From Candidatus Woesearchaeota archaeon UBA489 (GTDB lineage: Archaea; Nanobdellota; Nanobdellia; SCGC-AAA011-G17; UBA489), in contig DAVM01000018.1 in NCBI GenBank assembly GCA_002505585.1, positions 24,717 through 88,716 of the forward strand: DNA of 64,000 nucleotides, written 5' to 3'. A model generated the notes under the pieces. The model saw only the letters and a program-made list of their open reading frames with translations, made no database searches and was not told the DNA's origin. This document shows, one piece after another, positions 28,874-37,465 of the stretch. Made by a program: the position numbers and the translations under genes. Within the stretch, counting starts at the first letter, position 1; each line of letters begins with the position of its first letter.

Positions 28874-30834
28874 AAAATATTTCTAACCCACTTAGCAAAT
28901 CTAGCATACCAAGGAACATCCTCAACCTTAATAGGAACAGCAATATTTTGTTGATGCTTCTCACCTTTTTCATCAGTAAAAGAAGCAGAGAACTTCAAAC
29001 CCTGCATAAACAAAGACTTCCCATCAGTCTCAATCTTCATTAAACGAGCACCCTGGAACTTATCTAAATTAAGATCACCAAAAATAAACGCTAAATGCAC
29101 ATCTTTAATCTCACTATCAGAATTAACATTAAAAGACAAATCAACCTTATCTTTATAGTTCACAACATCAGGAACCACCTCAGAAACATACAATTCAGGA
29201 AGAGAAACCAAATCAATAGTAACATAAGAAGAAACAACACCAGCACCAGTCTCAGCAGTAATAGGAATACGACCACTAGAAGACAATTGCACATCAAACT
29301 GTACATCTTGAGAAGCAGCAGCATTCAAAGCAATCTCTTGACACTCAGCACGAACACAAACATTAATAGTTGCAGTAGAAGAACCACTATTTTTAACAGC
29401 ACAAGAAATAACAGCAGACTCATTAGAATAATACAACTCTTGATCAGTAGAACAAGATAATTGTATAGTAGACAACACTTGTTTTTCTTCACGCTTCTCT
29501 AAATTATACAACACCTTCTCAGCAAGAGCTTGTTTATAAACAGGATACTCCTTAGCATACATCACCTTAGAAGAAGCAACATCACCAAAAGAAGACTCAA
29601 CCTCTAAAGCACCAGTATAAATGTAGTTTGCTTCTAAATTAGAATCAATCTCAACAATCCAACCAACAGTCTTAGCCTCATTAGGCTTCAACAACACCTC
29701 TTTAGCATTACCCTCAGTTAACTCAGGAGCTTTTTTAACAACTATAGAAGTAGAAACATAATAATTTTCATTATTTTCAACAGTAACCAACATAGGAACG
29801 AAGCTGCCGAAGCCAACATTTTGGCTAACAGGCTCAACAGACAAAGATAAAGGAGAAGTAAAAACAGCTCCTTTTTTAATCAAAGAAACCTTAGGAGCTA
29901 ATTCCTTTAATTTAATATCAACACCAGAAGCACGCCAACTATACTCAGCAGAAGGAGAACCAGAATCAACACTATCCTTTAATTTAATATGTGAAGCATC
30001 AACCCAACCATACTGACCAAAAGTAACATCAAAAGGAACCCAACCAAACTCAGGAAAATAAACCTCAGCCCAACCATGAGGACCCCAAGCATAATCCAAA
30101 TTAGTATACACCATACCAGAAACAAAACGAGCAGGAATACCAACAGAACGAGTAAAAGAAATAAACAAATTAGTCATTTCATCACAAACACCCTCACGAT
30201 TATCCAAAACCCAACTACTCTTTTGCACAGCCTCAGCAGTCAAAGTATTCAAATCATACTTAATATTCCTCTTAGTCCAATCAGCAAGCTTAAACATAAC
30301 TTTATACAAATCATCCTCTCCACCAATAATATCATAAGCTTTCTTCTCAATAGCAGGATTCAAATCAATAAACTCAGAAGGTTGCGTATAAGTCAACACT
30401 TTACTATCAACAACCTTCACAGGAAACTTAATAGGAGAACGCATTTTACTTACAACATTCTTAGTAGAAACAGTAGCATCAACAGAAAAAGATAAAGAAT
30501 CACCAGCCTTAGCCTTTATCCATTTATAAGAAGTAAACTTATCATCAGCAACAACCTTAGCATCATGCGAAGCAACAGCATTAAAATTAGCAACAGACTG
30601 CAAATGAGAATCTTTAGGAAAAAAAGACAAATCAGCCTGAACAAAATCAACAGAAGTCTTAGCCTCAACCTGATTAATATCCATACCAGAAGTTAAAGAA
30701 AAAGCTAAATCTAAAGAACTAAACTTGTTAAAACTCTCAATATTTTCTTGAGCAAGAACAAGAGAACTAAGAAGTAAGAGGAAAACAAAGAATAAACAAA
30801 GTCTTTTCATGGAATAAAAAAGAAGAAGGAGCAT
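28870..30834 (-). CDS. Secreted transglutaminase-like cysteine protease domain protein
   Basis: 654 aa; N-terminal signal/anchor MKRLCLFFVFLLLLSSLVLA; transglutaminase-like triad context GVCDEMTNLFISFTRSVGIPARFVSG (Cys), GPHGWAEVYF (His), WVPFDVT (Asp). Confidence 0.7.
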   Translation of the reverse strand: MLLLLFYSMKRLCLFFVFLLLLSSLVLAQENIESFNKFSSLDLAFSLTSGMDINQVEAKTSVDFVQADLSFFPKDSHLQSVANFNAVASHDAKVVADDKFTSYKWIKAKAGDSLSFSVDATVSTKNVVSKMRSPIKFPVKVVDSKVLTYTQPSEFIDLNPAIEKKAYDIIGGEDDLYKVMFKLADWTKRNIKYDLNTLTAEAVQKSSWVLDNREGVCDEMTNLFISFTRSVGIPARFVSGMVYTNLDYAWGPHGWAEVYFPEFGWVPFDVTFGQYGWVDASHIKLKDSVDSGSPSAEYSWRASGVDIKLKELAPKVSLIKKGAVFTSPLSLSVEPVSQNVGFGSFVPMLVTVENNENYYVSTSIVVKKAPELTEGNAKEVLLKPNEAKTVGWIVEIDSNLEANYIYTGALEVESSFGDVASSKVMYAKEYPVYKQALAEKVLYNLEKREEKQVLSTIQLSCSTDQELYYSNESAVISCAVKNSGSSTATINVCVRAECQEIALNAAASQDVQFDVQLSSSGRIPITAETGAGVVSSYVTIDLVSLPELYVSEVVPDVVNYKDKVDLSFNVNSDSEIKDVHLAFIFGDLNLDKFQGARLMKIETDGKSLFMQGLKFSASFTDEKGEKHQQNIAVPIKVEDVPWYARFAKWVRNIF

Positions 30835-30863
30835 TTAAATACTTTCTCCTTAATAATTGTAGT

Positions 30864-31493
30864 ATGGGAAAAACATTATCAGAACAAGAAGCAGAAAAAT
30901 TTCTAGAACAACAAGGATTCCCCATAGTAGACAGAGAACTAGTCAAAACAAGCAAACAAGCATTAGAAGTGGCAGAAGACATAGGTTATCCAATAGCAAT
31001 GAAAGTGTACTCACCACATATATTACATAAATCAGACATAGGAGGAGTACACCTAGACATAAGAAACGAAAAAGAAGTAGAAAAAATATTTAAAAAATTA
31101 ATGCAAATAAAACACGCAAAAGGAGTAATCATACAAGAATACACAAAAGGCATAAGCTTATTATTAGGACTCAAAGAAGACCCAAGCTTTGGCCATGCAC
31201 TAGTAGTAGGAAGTGGTGGAATATATACAGAAATCATGAAAGACGTAAGTTTTAGAGTATGTCCTATAACACCAAAAGACGCACAAGAAATGTTACAAGA
31301 ACTCAAAATGTATCCACTACTAGAAGGAGCAAGAGGGAAAAAGAAAATAAACAAAAAGAAACTATGCAAACTATTAGTAAAATTATCAACACTAGTTAAG
31401 AAATATCCAACAATAGCAGAACTAGACATAAACCCTTTGTTAGTAAACGAAAAAGAATCACTAATAGTAGACGCGAGAATAAAATTTAATTAA
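30864..31493 (+). CDS. ATP-grasp domain protein (ADP-forming acetyl-CoA synthetase beta-subunit-like)
   Basis: 209 aa; GYPIAMKVYSPHILHKSDIGGVHLDI...ALVVGSGGIYTEI...IAELDINPLLV typical of ACD/SCS-like ATP-grasp domains; no alpha-subunit partner in window. Confidence 0.55.
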   Translation: MGKTLSEQEAEKFLEQQGFPIVDRELVKTSKQALEVAEDIGYPIAMKVYSPHILHKSDIGGVHLDIRNEKEVEKIFKKLMQIKHAKGVIIQEYTKGISLLLGLKEDPSFGHALVVGSGGIYTEIMKDVSFRVCPITPKDAQEMLQELKMYPLLEGARGKKKINKKKLCKLLVKLSTLVKKYPTIAELDINPLLVNEKESLIVDARIKFN

Positions 31494-32523
31494 GCTTTAA
31501 TTTAGCAAACTCTTTTTGCATCTCAACAACAAACTTAGGAAACTCTTCCTTAGCAATAACAGCACCACAAGCACGAACATGACCACCACCATGTCCATTA
31601 ATAGTCTTAAGAACCTTTTCTAACATAGGAAGCACATCAACAGTTTTTCCACGAATACTAGTAACCATCTCATCATGCTCATTTTCACGAGCAATAATAA
31701 ACACATCCTTATTTAAACGATGAAGAAGTTCATTACTTAAACCACTACTAAAACTATTCTTTCCAGTAGGATAAGTAAAAATAAACATTCTTCCTTCCTC
31801 AACATGGTCTAAAGCATTCTTTAACAAAGCTTCATACTCTTTATTGATTTGTTCAAACTTCTTCCAAAGAAACTTTCCCTTAGAAGACTCTTGCCTAAGA
31901 ATTTCAAGAGGAGACTGAATTTTTTCTAAAACAGACACATTCTTTCTACTCTCAGAAGAAGAACCCTTCAAAATAAAATTAAACACTTTGATAAGTTTCC
32001 CGAACTCAGAATCAAACAAAATCTCAGGAGGAGTCTTTTTCTTATTAAACAACTCTTGATGCTCAAACTTATCCAAAAAATCAGGAATCTGCCAATCACC
32101 AATACAACCAACCAAAGCAATCCACAAATCTTGCTGCACAACTTGATAAACCCAAAAACTAGTAGAACGATTATCACCAGGAGTATTCACCATAGGATTA
32201 TAATACTTCACACCCAAACGCTTGACAGGCTTATGATGATCAATCCACAAAACAGGACACTTAGCACCATCAAGAACCTCTTGCGCAACATCAGGACGAT
32301 CAAGAAAAACAATTAAGTCAGGATCAATTTCTCTAATTTTACGTAAGTAAAACTCATGATCACCACTACGAGGCTTAGCAGGAATACCACGACCCTTTTG
32401 ATACTTACGTTTTAGTAAAAGAAAAGCACTTAAGCCGTCCTGATCATCATCATAAAAAAATAAAGGGTTTAAAGACTTCTCTAAATGGTCACGAATCTCT
32501 TGCAATTGTTCATCAGTTACCAT
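31486..32523 (-). CDS. DHH/DHHA1-family phosphoesterase (NrnA/RecJ-like)
   Basis: 345 aa; motif I FYDDDQDGLSA, motif III IDHHKP, DHHA1 GGGH (GHGGGHVRACG). Confidence 0.75.
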   Translation of the reverse strand: MVTDEQLQEIRDHLEKSLNPLFFYDDDQDGLSAFLLLKRKYQKGRGIPAKPRSGDHEFYLRKIREIDPDLIVFLDRPDVAQEVLDGAKCPVLWIDHHKPVKRLGVKYYNPMVNTPGDNRSTSFWVYQVVQQDLWIALVGCIGDWQIPDFLDKFEHQELFNKKKTPPEILFDSEFGKLIKVFNFILKGSSSESRKNVSVLEKIQSPLEILRQESSKGKFLWKKFEQINKEYEALLKNALDHVEEGRMFIFTYPTGKNSFSSGLSNELLHRLNKDVFIIARENEHDEMVTSIRGKTVDVLPMLEKVLKTINGHGGGHVRACGAVIAKEEFPKFVVEMQKEFAKLKLN

Positions 32524-32555
32524 AAAAAGAAATAATAAAGAAGTATTTATAAAAG

Positions 32556-32580
32556 CTCTTATTTAAAGAAAAAAAAGAAA
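32556..32580 (-). terminator. Oligo-T terminator-like element after small basic protein gene A (exact 25-nt copy also at 32787..32811)
   Basis: Plus-strand ctcttatttaaagaaaaaaaagaaa = minus-strand TTTCTTTTTTTTCTTTAAATAAGAG just after the stop codon; archaeal termination at T-runs. Confidence 0.4.
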
Positions 32581-32739
32581 CTATTTTTTCGTTCTTCTAC
32601 CAAGTATTTTTTGATTAGCAGAATGCTTCTTAGCAGCAAGGGCAATAGACCTTCCTCTTTGTCTTTGTCTAGCTTCAAGTGCTTTTTTAGAAGCTCCAAC
32701 TTCACGAGACCTTTGTGTTCTTGTTCGTCCTAAAGGCAT
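32581..32739 (-). CDS. Small Arg/Lys-rich protein, paralog A of a five-gene tandem family
   Basis: 52 aa MPLGRTRTQRSREVGASKKALEARQRQRGRSIALAAKKHSANQKILGRRTKK; GAGGAT SD 7 nt upstream, TATA-like TTATAAATA ~40 nt upstream, T-run downstream; not in ORF track (<60 aa). Confidence 0.6.
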   Translation of the reverse strand: MPLGRTRTQRSREVGASKKALEARQRQRGRSIALAAKKHSANQKILGRRTKK

Positions 32740-32786
32740 TTTTCACATCCTCACTATTTGATTTACTCTAAAATTATTTATAACAA

Positions 32787-32811
32787 CTCTTATTTAAAGA
32801 AAAAAAAGAAA
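32787..32811 (-). terminator. Oligo-T terminator-like element after small basic protein gene B (copy of 32556..32580)
   Basis: Identical 25-nt sequence ctcttatttaaagaaaaaaaagaaa. Confidence 0.4.
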
Positions 32812-32843
32812 AAAATTATCTTCTTTTGCTTCTTGCAGTTTGT

Positions 32844-33002
32844 TTATTTTCTTGGACCATCAGGCAATCTTTGACTCTCAGAATGAGCCCTATTACGTAT
32901 AATAGCTCTATCAACTCTTTTTTTAGCCCTCTTCTTTCTTGCATCTCCAGCAGCAGCAAGTCCACGAGTTTTTTGACTCCTAGTTTTAGCATAGTTACCC
33001 AT
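32844..33002 (-). CDS. Small Arg/Lys-rich protein, paralog B
   Basis: 52 aa MGNYAKTRSQKTRGLAAAGDARKKRAKKRVDRAIIRNRAHSESQRLPDGPRK; start chosen at Met preceded by AAAAAAGGAGGT SD (listed ORF 32844..33029 starts 9 codons earlier without SD). Confidence 0.6.
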   Translation of the reverse strand: MGNYAKTRSQKTRGLAAAGDARKKRAKKRVDRAIIRNRAHSESQRLPDGPRK

Positions 33003-33040
33003 GTTTTTTACCTCCTTTTTTGTTTGCAAAAATACAATTA

Positions 33041-33211
33041 TTAAGCTCTTATTCTCCTTTCTTCACTTGGAGGACGTCTTGTTCTTTTATTAGTTCTAGT
33101 TGCCTTACCTTTAGAACTTAAAGCACGTCTTAATCCAGCCTTACTCACTTTTTGAGTTCCTAAACTTCTTCCCATAACTCTTCTTTTTTGTTGTCCTCGG
33201 CTTCCAACCAT
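33041..33211 (-). CDS. Small Arg/Lys-rich protein, paralog C
   Basis: 56 aa MVGSRGQQKRRVMGRSLGTQKVSKAGLRRALSSKGKATRTNKRTRRPPSEERRIRA; AAAAAGGAGGA SD upstream. Confidence 0.55.
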   Translation of the reverse strand: MVGSRGQQKRRVMGRSLGTQKVSKAGLRRALSSKGKATRTNKRTRRPPSEERRIRA

Positions 33212-33266
33212 TTACTATTCCTCCTTTTTAAAAATAAAAAAATACTCTTTAATTTAAAAGAGCAAA

Positions 33267-33440
33267 TTATCTTTTAGCTCCAGCTCCTTTCTTAGATCCC
33301 TTTGCTCGAGGAACTTTTCTTATTCTTCCTGTAGAGAGAGTTCTATACCTACTAAATCCTGATTGTCCACGAGTAGACCCACTACCAGTAGCAGTTCTTC
33401 TTGTCTTTGGAGCTTTCCTTGGTGCTCTTCTTTGTCCCAT
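33267..33440 (-). CDS. Small Arg/Lys-rich protein, paralog D
   Basis: 57 aa MGQRRAPRKAPKTRRTATGSGSTRGQSGFSRYRTLSTGRIRKVPRAKGSKKGAGAKR; AAAAAGGAGGTG SD upstream. Confidence 0.55.
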   Translation of the reverse strand: MGQRRAPRKAPKTRRTATGSGSTRGQSGFSRYRTLSTGRIRKVPRAKGSKKGAGAKR

Positions 33441-33482
33441 ATTTTTACACCTCCTTTTTGTTTTTTTAAAAATTTAAAAATA

Positions 33483-33638
33483 TTAGATAGTTCTTCTTCT
33501 TCTCTTTCTTTCTACTCTTGCAGCTTTTGTTCCAGCTAATTGTCTTTTATCAGCATCTCGTTTAACCATTCTACGCCCTTGACTAGGTCGTGTTTTTTCT
33601 AGTGATCCTACTTTTCTCTTAACACGTGCTCTTGACAT
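33483..33638 (-). CDS. Small Arg/Lys-rich protein, paralog E
   Basis: 51 aa MSRARVKRKVGSLEKTRPSQGRRMVKRDADKRQLAGTKAARVERKRRRRTI; AAGAGGAGGGA SD upstream. Confidence 0.55.
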   Translation of the reverse strand: MSRARVKRKVGSLEKTRPSQGRRMVKRDADKRQLAGTKAARVERKRRRRTI

Positions 33639-33842
33639 GTTCTATCCCTCCTCTTATTTCTTTTTTTTAATAATAATAATATATAGCTCTAAGCCAATCC
33701 CTAAGTAGTTTTTAAGCACTTTTATCTATTTAAACTTTTAGGTAGTATATGCATTATTTTTACTCCATACACATTCAATCGCAATGTTTTTATAGCAACA
33801 CCCCAATAAAACAAAGGTAGGGGGAAACAAAAAAGAGGTACT

Positions 33843-34679
33843 ATGGGAATATATTTATTCTGGAAAAGAATACAAGCCAGCTTTCTTTGTCAATGGGATG
33901 AATTCTGGACTTTCAAAATAGATCTCTGGATCAACATTCTGAATACCATATTAGAAGTAGCCATGTGGTTTTTCCTAGCAAAAATAGTAGATCCAGCAAC
34001 CTTAGGTTATGCAGAAGTAGGGTATTTACCTTTTGTCTTAGTAGGAAGCGTAGCAATATTTTTTGTAGATAATGTTTATAGCAACTTCACAGAAAAATTT
34101 AGTAGTGATAGAGACAGTGGCATCTACAAAATGAGCTATCTCTCAAACATGGGAATCTTACAATATTTCTTTATTAACTTTTTAACCTCAATAGTCTTTG
34201 ATATCATAACAGTATTCATACCAATGATAGCAACTTTCTCCATATTACTCCAGTTTGTAACAGAAAACACCATATTCTATTTAGGCATGAGTAATGTAGT
34301 AACCATCTTAGTAGCCTTAGCAATCTTTATCTTAGGAAACTTAGGATTCCAACTCATGACAGTAGGAAGCACCCTTTTCTTGAAAGAAGGAGACCCAGTA
34401 GGATTCTTCATGGAGCAATTCAACAGACTCTTCTCAGGACAACTCTTTCCAACAACATTCCTACCAAACTTCTTATTATTCTTACCAAAAATACTACCAG
34501 CAGCATACATCATTTTAATCTGGAGAGAAACACTCTTCAAGAACCAAACCATCTTTGACCCAGGAGTAATAAACTTAGTCATAGCAGGATTTGTAGTCAA
34601 CATCATAATCTTCTTCATAGGCATGTATGTCTTTTATTACGGAATAAATAGAGCGAAAATAGAAGGAAGGTGGTTCTGA
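33843..34679 (+). CDS. ABC-2 type transporter permease
   Basis: 278 aa, ~6 TM helices; stop TGA immediately abuts GTG start of the ATPase gene (translational coupling). Confidence 0.6.
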   Translation: MGIYLFWKRIQASFLCQWDEFWTFKIDLWINILNTILEVAMWFFLAKIVDPATLGYAEVGYLPFVLVGSVAIFFVDNVYSNFTEKFSSDRDSGIYKMSYLSNMGILQYFFINFLTSIVFDIITVFIPMIATFSILLQFVTENTIFYLGMSNVVTILVALAIFILGNLGFQLMTVGSTLFLKEGDPVGFFMEQFNRLFSGQLFPTTFLPNFLLFLPKILPAAYIILIWRETLFKNQTIFDPGVINLVIAGFVVNIIIFFIGMYVFYYGINRAKIEGRWF

Positions 34680-36272
34680 GTGAAGAAAAACATTATAGAA
34701 GTAAACAACCTTTACAAAGAATACTACCAATACAAAGTTTTTAAGAAAGGAAAATTATTAACAAAAGCACTAAACAACATCTCTTTCAAAGTAAAAGAAG
34801 GAGACTTCTTCGGATTACTAGGACAAAATGGAGCAGGAAAAACAACACTCCTAAAATTATTAACAACAAACTTACAAAAAACAGCAGGAAGCATACATAT
34901 AGACGGGATAAACATAGAAGAAAACATTAGGAAAGTAAAACCAAATATATCATGGATGTTTGGAGTAGACTATGAAGGATATGGATGGAGTAGTATAGAA
35001 AGAAATTTGAAACTAGCAGCCTACTATTTAGGCATGAAACAAAACCAAGCAGAAAAAAGAATAAAAGAATTATTAGAATACTTTGGATTGTACCATAAAA
35101 GGAAATTAGATGTATGGAGAATGAGTGCAGGAATGCAAGCAAAATACAGCCTAGCAGCAGCAATGCTCAAAAAACCAAAAATATTATTCTTAGACGAACC
35201 ACTCCTAGGATTAGATGTACCAGCAAAAGAAACACTAAGAAACTTTTTAGTAGAACTAAACAAAGAAGGAACAACAATAGTCTACACAGACCACCAACTC
35301 CAAGAAATGGAGAAAGTGTGTAATAACTTAATAATCATAGAACAAGGAAACAAAATGTATGATGGAAGCCTAGATAACTTAAAACAACAATACAGAGATG
35401 CACAAGTACTAGAATTAACCTGCCAATCACCAACAATAAATAAAATATTGTTAAGTTTAACAAAAAAAGTGAAGACAGTAACTGACTACGAAATAATAGA
35501 CAGCAACGAAGGAATACACCAAGTAAAAGTTTATACAACAATAGACAGCAAAAAAGCATTATTACCTGTAGGAAATTATTTGAAAAGAAACAAAGTAATC
35601 ATAGAAACATTAAACGCAGGATTACTCAGTTTAGAAGACGTATTCAAAAAATTCTTGAAAAAGAATAATCATCACAAAACAAAAAAACAATTACAAGGAT
35701 TTCACAAAACAAAAGAACAACCACTACAAAGACATACAACTTATTTAAAACACAAACATCATGATGTAAGAGAAGCAGCATGTCAACTCCTGCATCAAAA
35801 GAAACAACAACAAGTAGAAAGAGTACTCAGAAATATGAGCAAAATGAGCAAACCCATGCAAATAAGCAGTTTAAATGTCATAGGAAACACTAGAAACATA
35901 GGGTTATTGCAAAGAATAAAAAAACATTTACAAACAAGAGACAAAGACATACAAGTACACTTAACCATAGCACAAGCAAAAATAGGAGATACAGGAACAA
36001 CAACAAAATTATTACACTACTTATTAACAGAAAAAACAACACAATTGTTACTAACACACCTACCACACTTTCACAAAAATGTATTGAATATTTTAAGCAA
36101 GTTACTCCATAAATTAAACAAACATAACTTAAAATATTTAATCTACCAAATAGAAAAAAACAAACACACACAAGCACTATACAATGCACTAGACATCAAA
36201 TACAAAGAACAAAGAAACAGAAAAACACATATGAAACAAACAAAACTAATCATACATGGAAAAGTTAGATAA
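34680..36272 (+). CDS. ABC transporter ATP-binding protein with C-terminal HEAT-like (PBS-lyase type) repeat extension
   Basis: 530 aa, GTG start; Walker A LGQNGAGKTTLLKLL, signature MSAGMQAKYSL, Walker B ILFLDEP; residues ~330-530 are His/Lys/Gln-rich with HDVREAACQLL and KDIQVHLTIAQAKIGDTGT..LLHYL repeats (D..VR..A..aLg.iG pattern). Confidence 0.75.
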   Translation: MKKNIIEVNNLYKEYYQYKVFKKGKLLTKALNNISFKVKEGDFFGLLGQNGAGKTTLLKLLTTNLQKTAGSIHIDGINIEENIRKVKPNISWMFGVDYEGYGWSSIERNLKLAAYYLGMKQNQAEKRIKELLEYFGLYHKRKLDVWRMSAGMQAKYSLAAAMLKKPKILFLDEPLLGLDVPAKETLRNFLVELNKEGTTIVYTDHQLQEMEKVCNNLIIIEQGNKMYDGSLDNLKQQYRDAQVLELTCQSPTINKILLSLTKKVKTVTDYEIIDSNEGIHQVKVYTTIDSKKALLPVGNYLKRNKVIIETLNAGLLSLEDVFKKFLKKNNHHKTKKQLQGFHKTKEQPLQRHTTYLKHKHHDVREAACQLLHQKKQQQVERVLRNMSKMSKPMQISSLNVIGNTRNIGLLQRIKKHLQTRDKDIQVHLTIAQAKIGDTGTTTKLLHYLLTEKTTQLLLTHLPHFHKNVLNILSKLLHKLNKHNLKYLIYQIEKNKHTQALYNALDIKYKEQRNRKTHMKQTKLIIHGKVR

Positions 36273-36274
36273 AA

Positions 36275-36844
36275 TTATCTGCCCTGTCTCTTATGAGCTT
36301 TTTGACTAGGGCGATGTTTCTCAACACCCTTACCCTTTTGGTGTAATCCTCTAGAACGTTTACCAGAAGAAGTTAACCCTCTAAACACACGACCAGTATT
36401 CTTCCCATTAGCAACCCAACCAGAACGTTTATCTTTCTTAATAGAAGGATGAGCACGATCAATAAGAATACATTCATACCAATAATGTAATCCATCCTTA
36501 GCAACATAATAACTATTCAACACTTCACAATTCAAGAACTTTTTATTAGCACGCTCTTCAGCAATAGTCTGATAACTCTTAGCAACAACCTTCTTTCTAC
36601 GCATAGTTTTAGAACGACGACCAGCTTTCATTTGTTCACGCATACGACCACCACGCTTCAAACGAACACGAACCAAAATGTAACCAAGTTTAGCTTTATA
36701 CCCCAAAGAACGAGCACGATCTAAACGAGTAGCATGATCAATACGAATAACAACAGGCTCACGACGCCACTTAATTAAGCGAGATCTCAAAATAGCAGGA
36801 TCTAACTTTTTCCAAGTTTCTCTCAAATGTTTCATCAATGCCAT
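36275..36844 (-). CDS. rpl15e: Ribosomal protein eL15
   Basis: 189 aa; MALMKHLRETWKK...LRSRLIKWRREPVVIRIDHATRLDRARSLGYKAKLGYILVRVR matches L15e. Confidence 0.85.
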   Translation of the reverse strand: MALMKHLRETWKKLDPAILRSRLIKWRREPVVIRIDHATRLDRARSLGYKAKLGYILVRVRLKRGGRMREQMKAGRRSKTMRRKKVVAKSYQTIAEERANKKFLNCEVLNSYYVAKDGLHYWYECILIDRAHPSIKKDKRSGWVANGKNTGRVFRGLTSSGKRSRGLHQKGKGVEKHRPSQKAHKRQGR

Positions 36845-37002
36845 GTTTAAGCTTCCATGTCAAGAATACAGAGTATTCAGGCATTACGTGTTCAGGTAAG
36901 CAACTACCCACATCCACGGAAGAATAGAAGGAGAAAAAGGGGTTTATAAGGTTTTTGGGGGGTTTGAAAATACTTAAATACTTGAAGAGATTATACAAAG
37001 CT

Positions 37003-37341
37003 ATGAAAACAATACTTTTACTTGGAATTCTAACATCATTACTACTCACTGGCTGTGTAGATTCAACACCAGACCCAAAAAATCAAGAGAAGGACTGCCA
37101 AGAGAAAAAAGGAGAATTAATACCTTGTTTAACAGACACAGGTTATGCTTGTAGTGAGCCAACAAAAGATGGTGGAAAGAGTTGTAAGAATTCAGAAGAA
37201 TGCGAAGCGGAATGCGTAGCACCGGACAATTGTGCAATAGGGAAAGAAACAACAGGAAAATGTGCTGAAAGAACCATGTTAGTATGTCAAGGTGTAGCAA
37301 CAGTCGAAGATGGCAAATGCGGGCCAATGATGATAACTTGA
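37003..37341 (+). CDS. Small Cys-rich secreted lipoprotein-like protein
   Basis: Start at internal Met of ORF 36955..37341: MKTILLLGILTSLLLTGC (signal peptide plus lipobox-like LTGC) followed by a 12-Cys mature domain. Confidence 0.45.
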   Translation: MKTILLLGILTSLLLTGCVDSTPDPKNQEKDCQEKKGELIPCLTDTGYACSEPTKDGGKSCKNSEECEAECVAPDNCAIGKETTGKCAERTMLVCQGVATVEDGKCGPMMIT

Positions 37342-37465
37342 GAAAATTTTTAAAGAAAAAACAGGAAACTTTATGAAAGATCCGGAAAACCTCTAGATAT
37401 ACATTAAACAAGTAGTTTACTTCTCACCTACCCTCCAAGCGTTTATAAATAAGTAGAGTTTAGTA

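Noticed and set aside
29095-30495. + strand ORFs rich in N/R/T/I (29095..29460, 30076..30495)
   Set aside because: Low-complexity antisense frames inside the transglutaminase-like protein gene
32826-33044. 72-aa + strand ORF
   Set aside because: Antisense to small basic protein gene B, which has SD, promoter and terminator signals; + ORF product is Ser/Leu-rich junk
37046-37411. 121-aa minus-strand ORF
   Set aside because: Leu-rich antisense frame overlapping the Cys-rich lipoprotein gene
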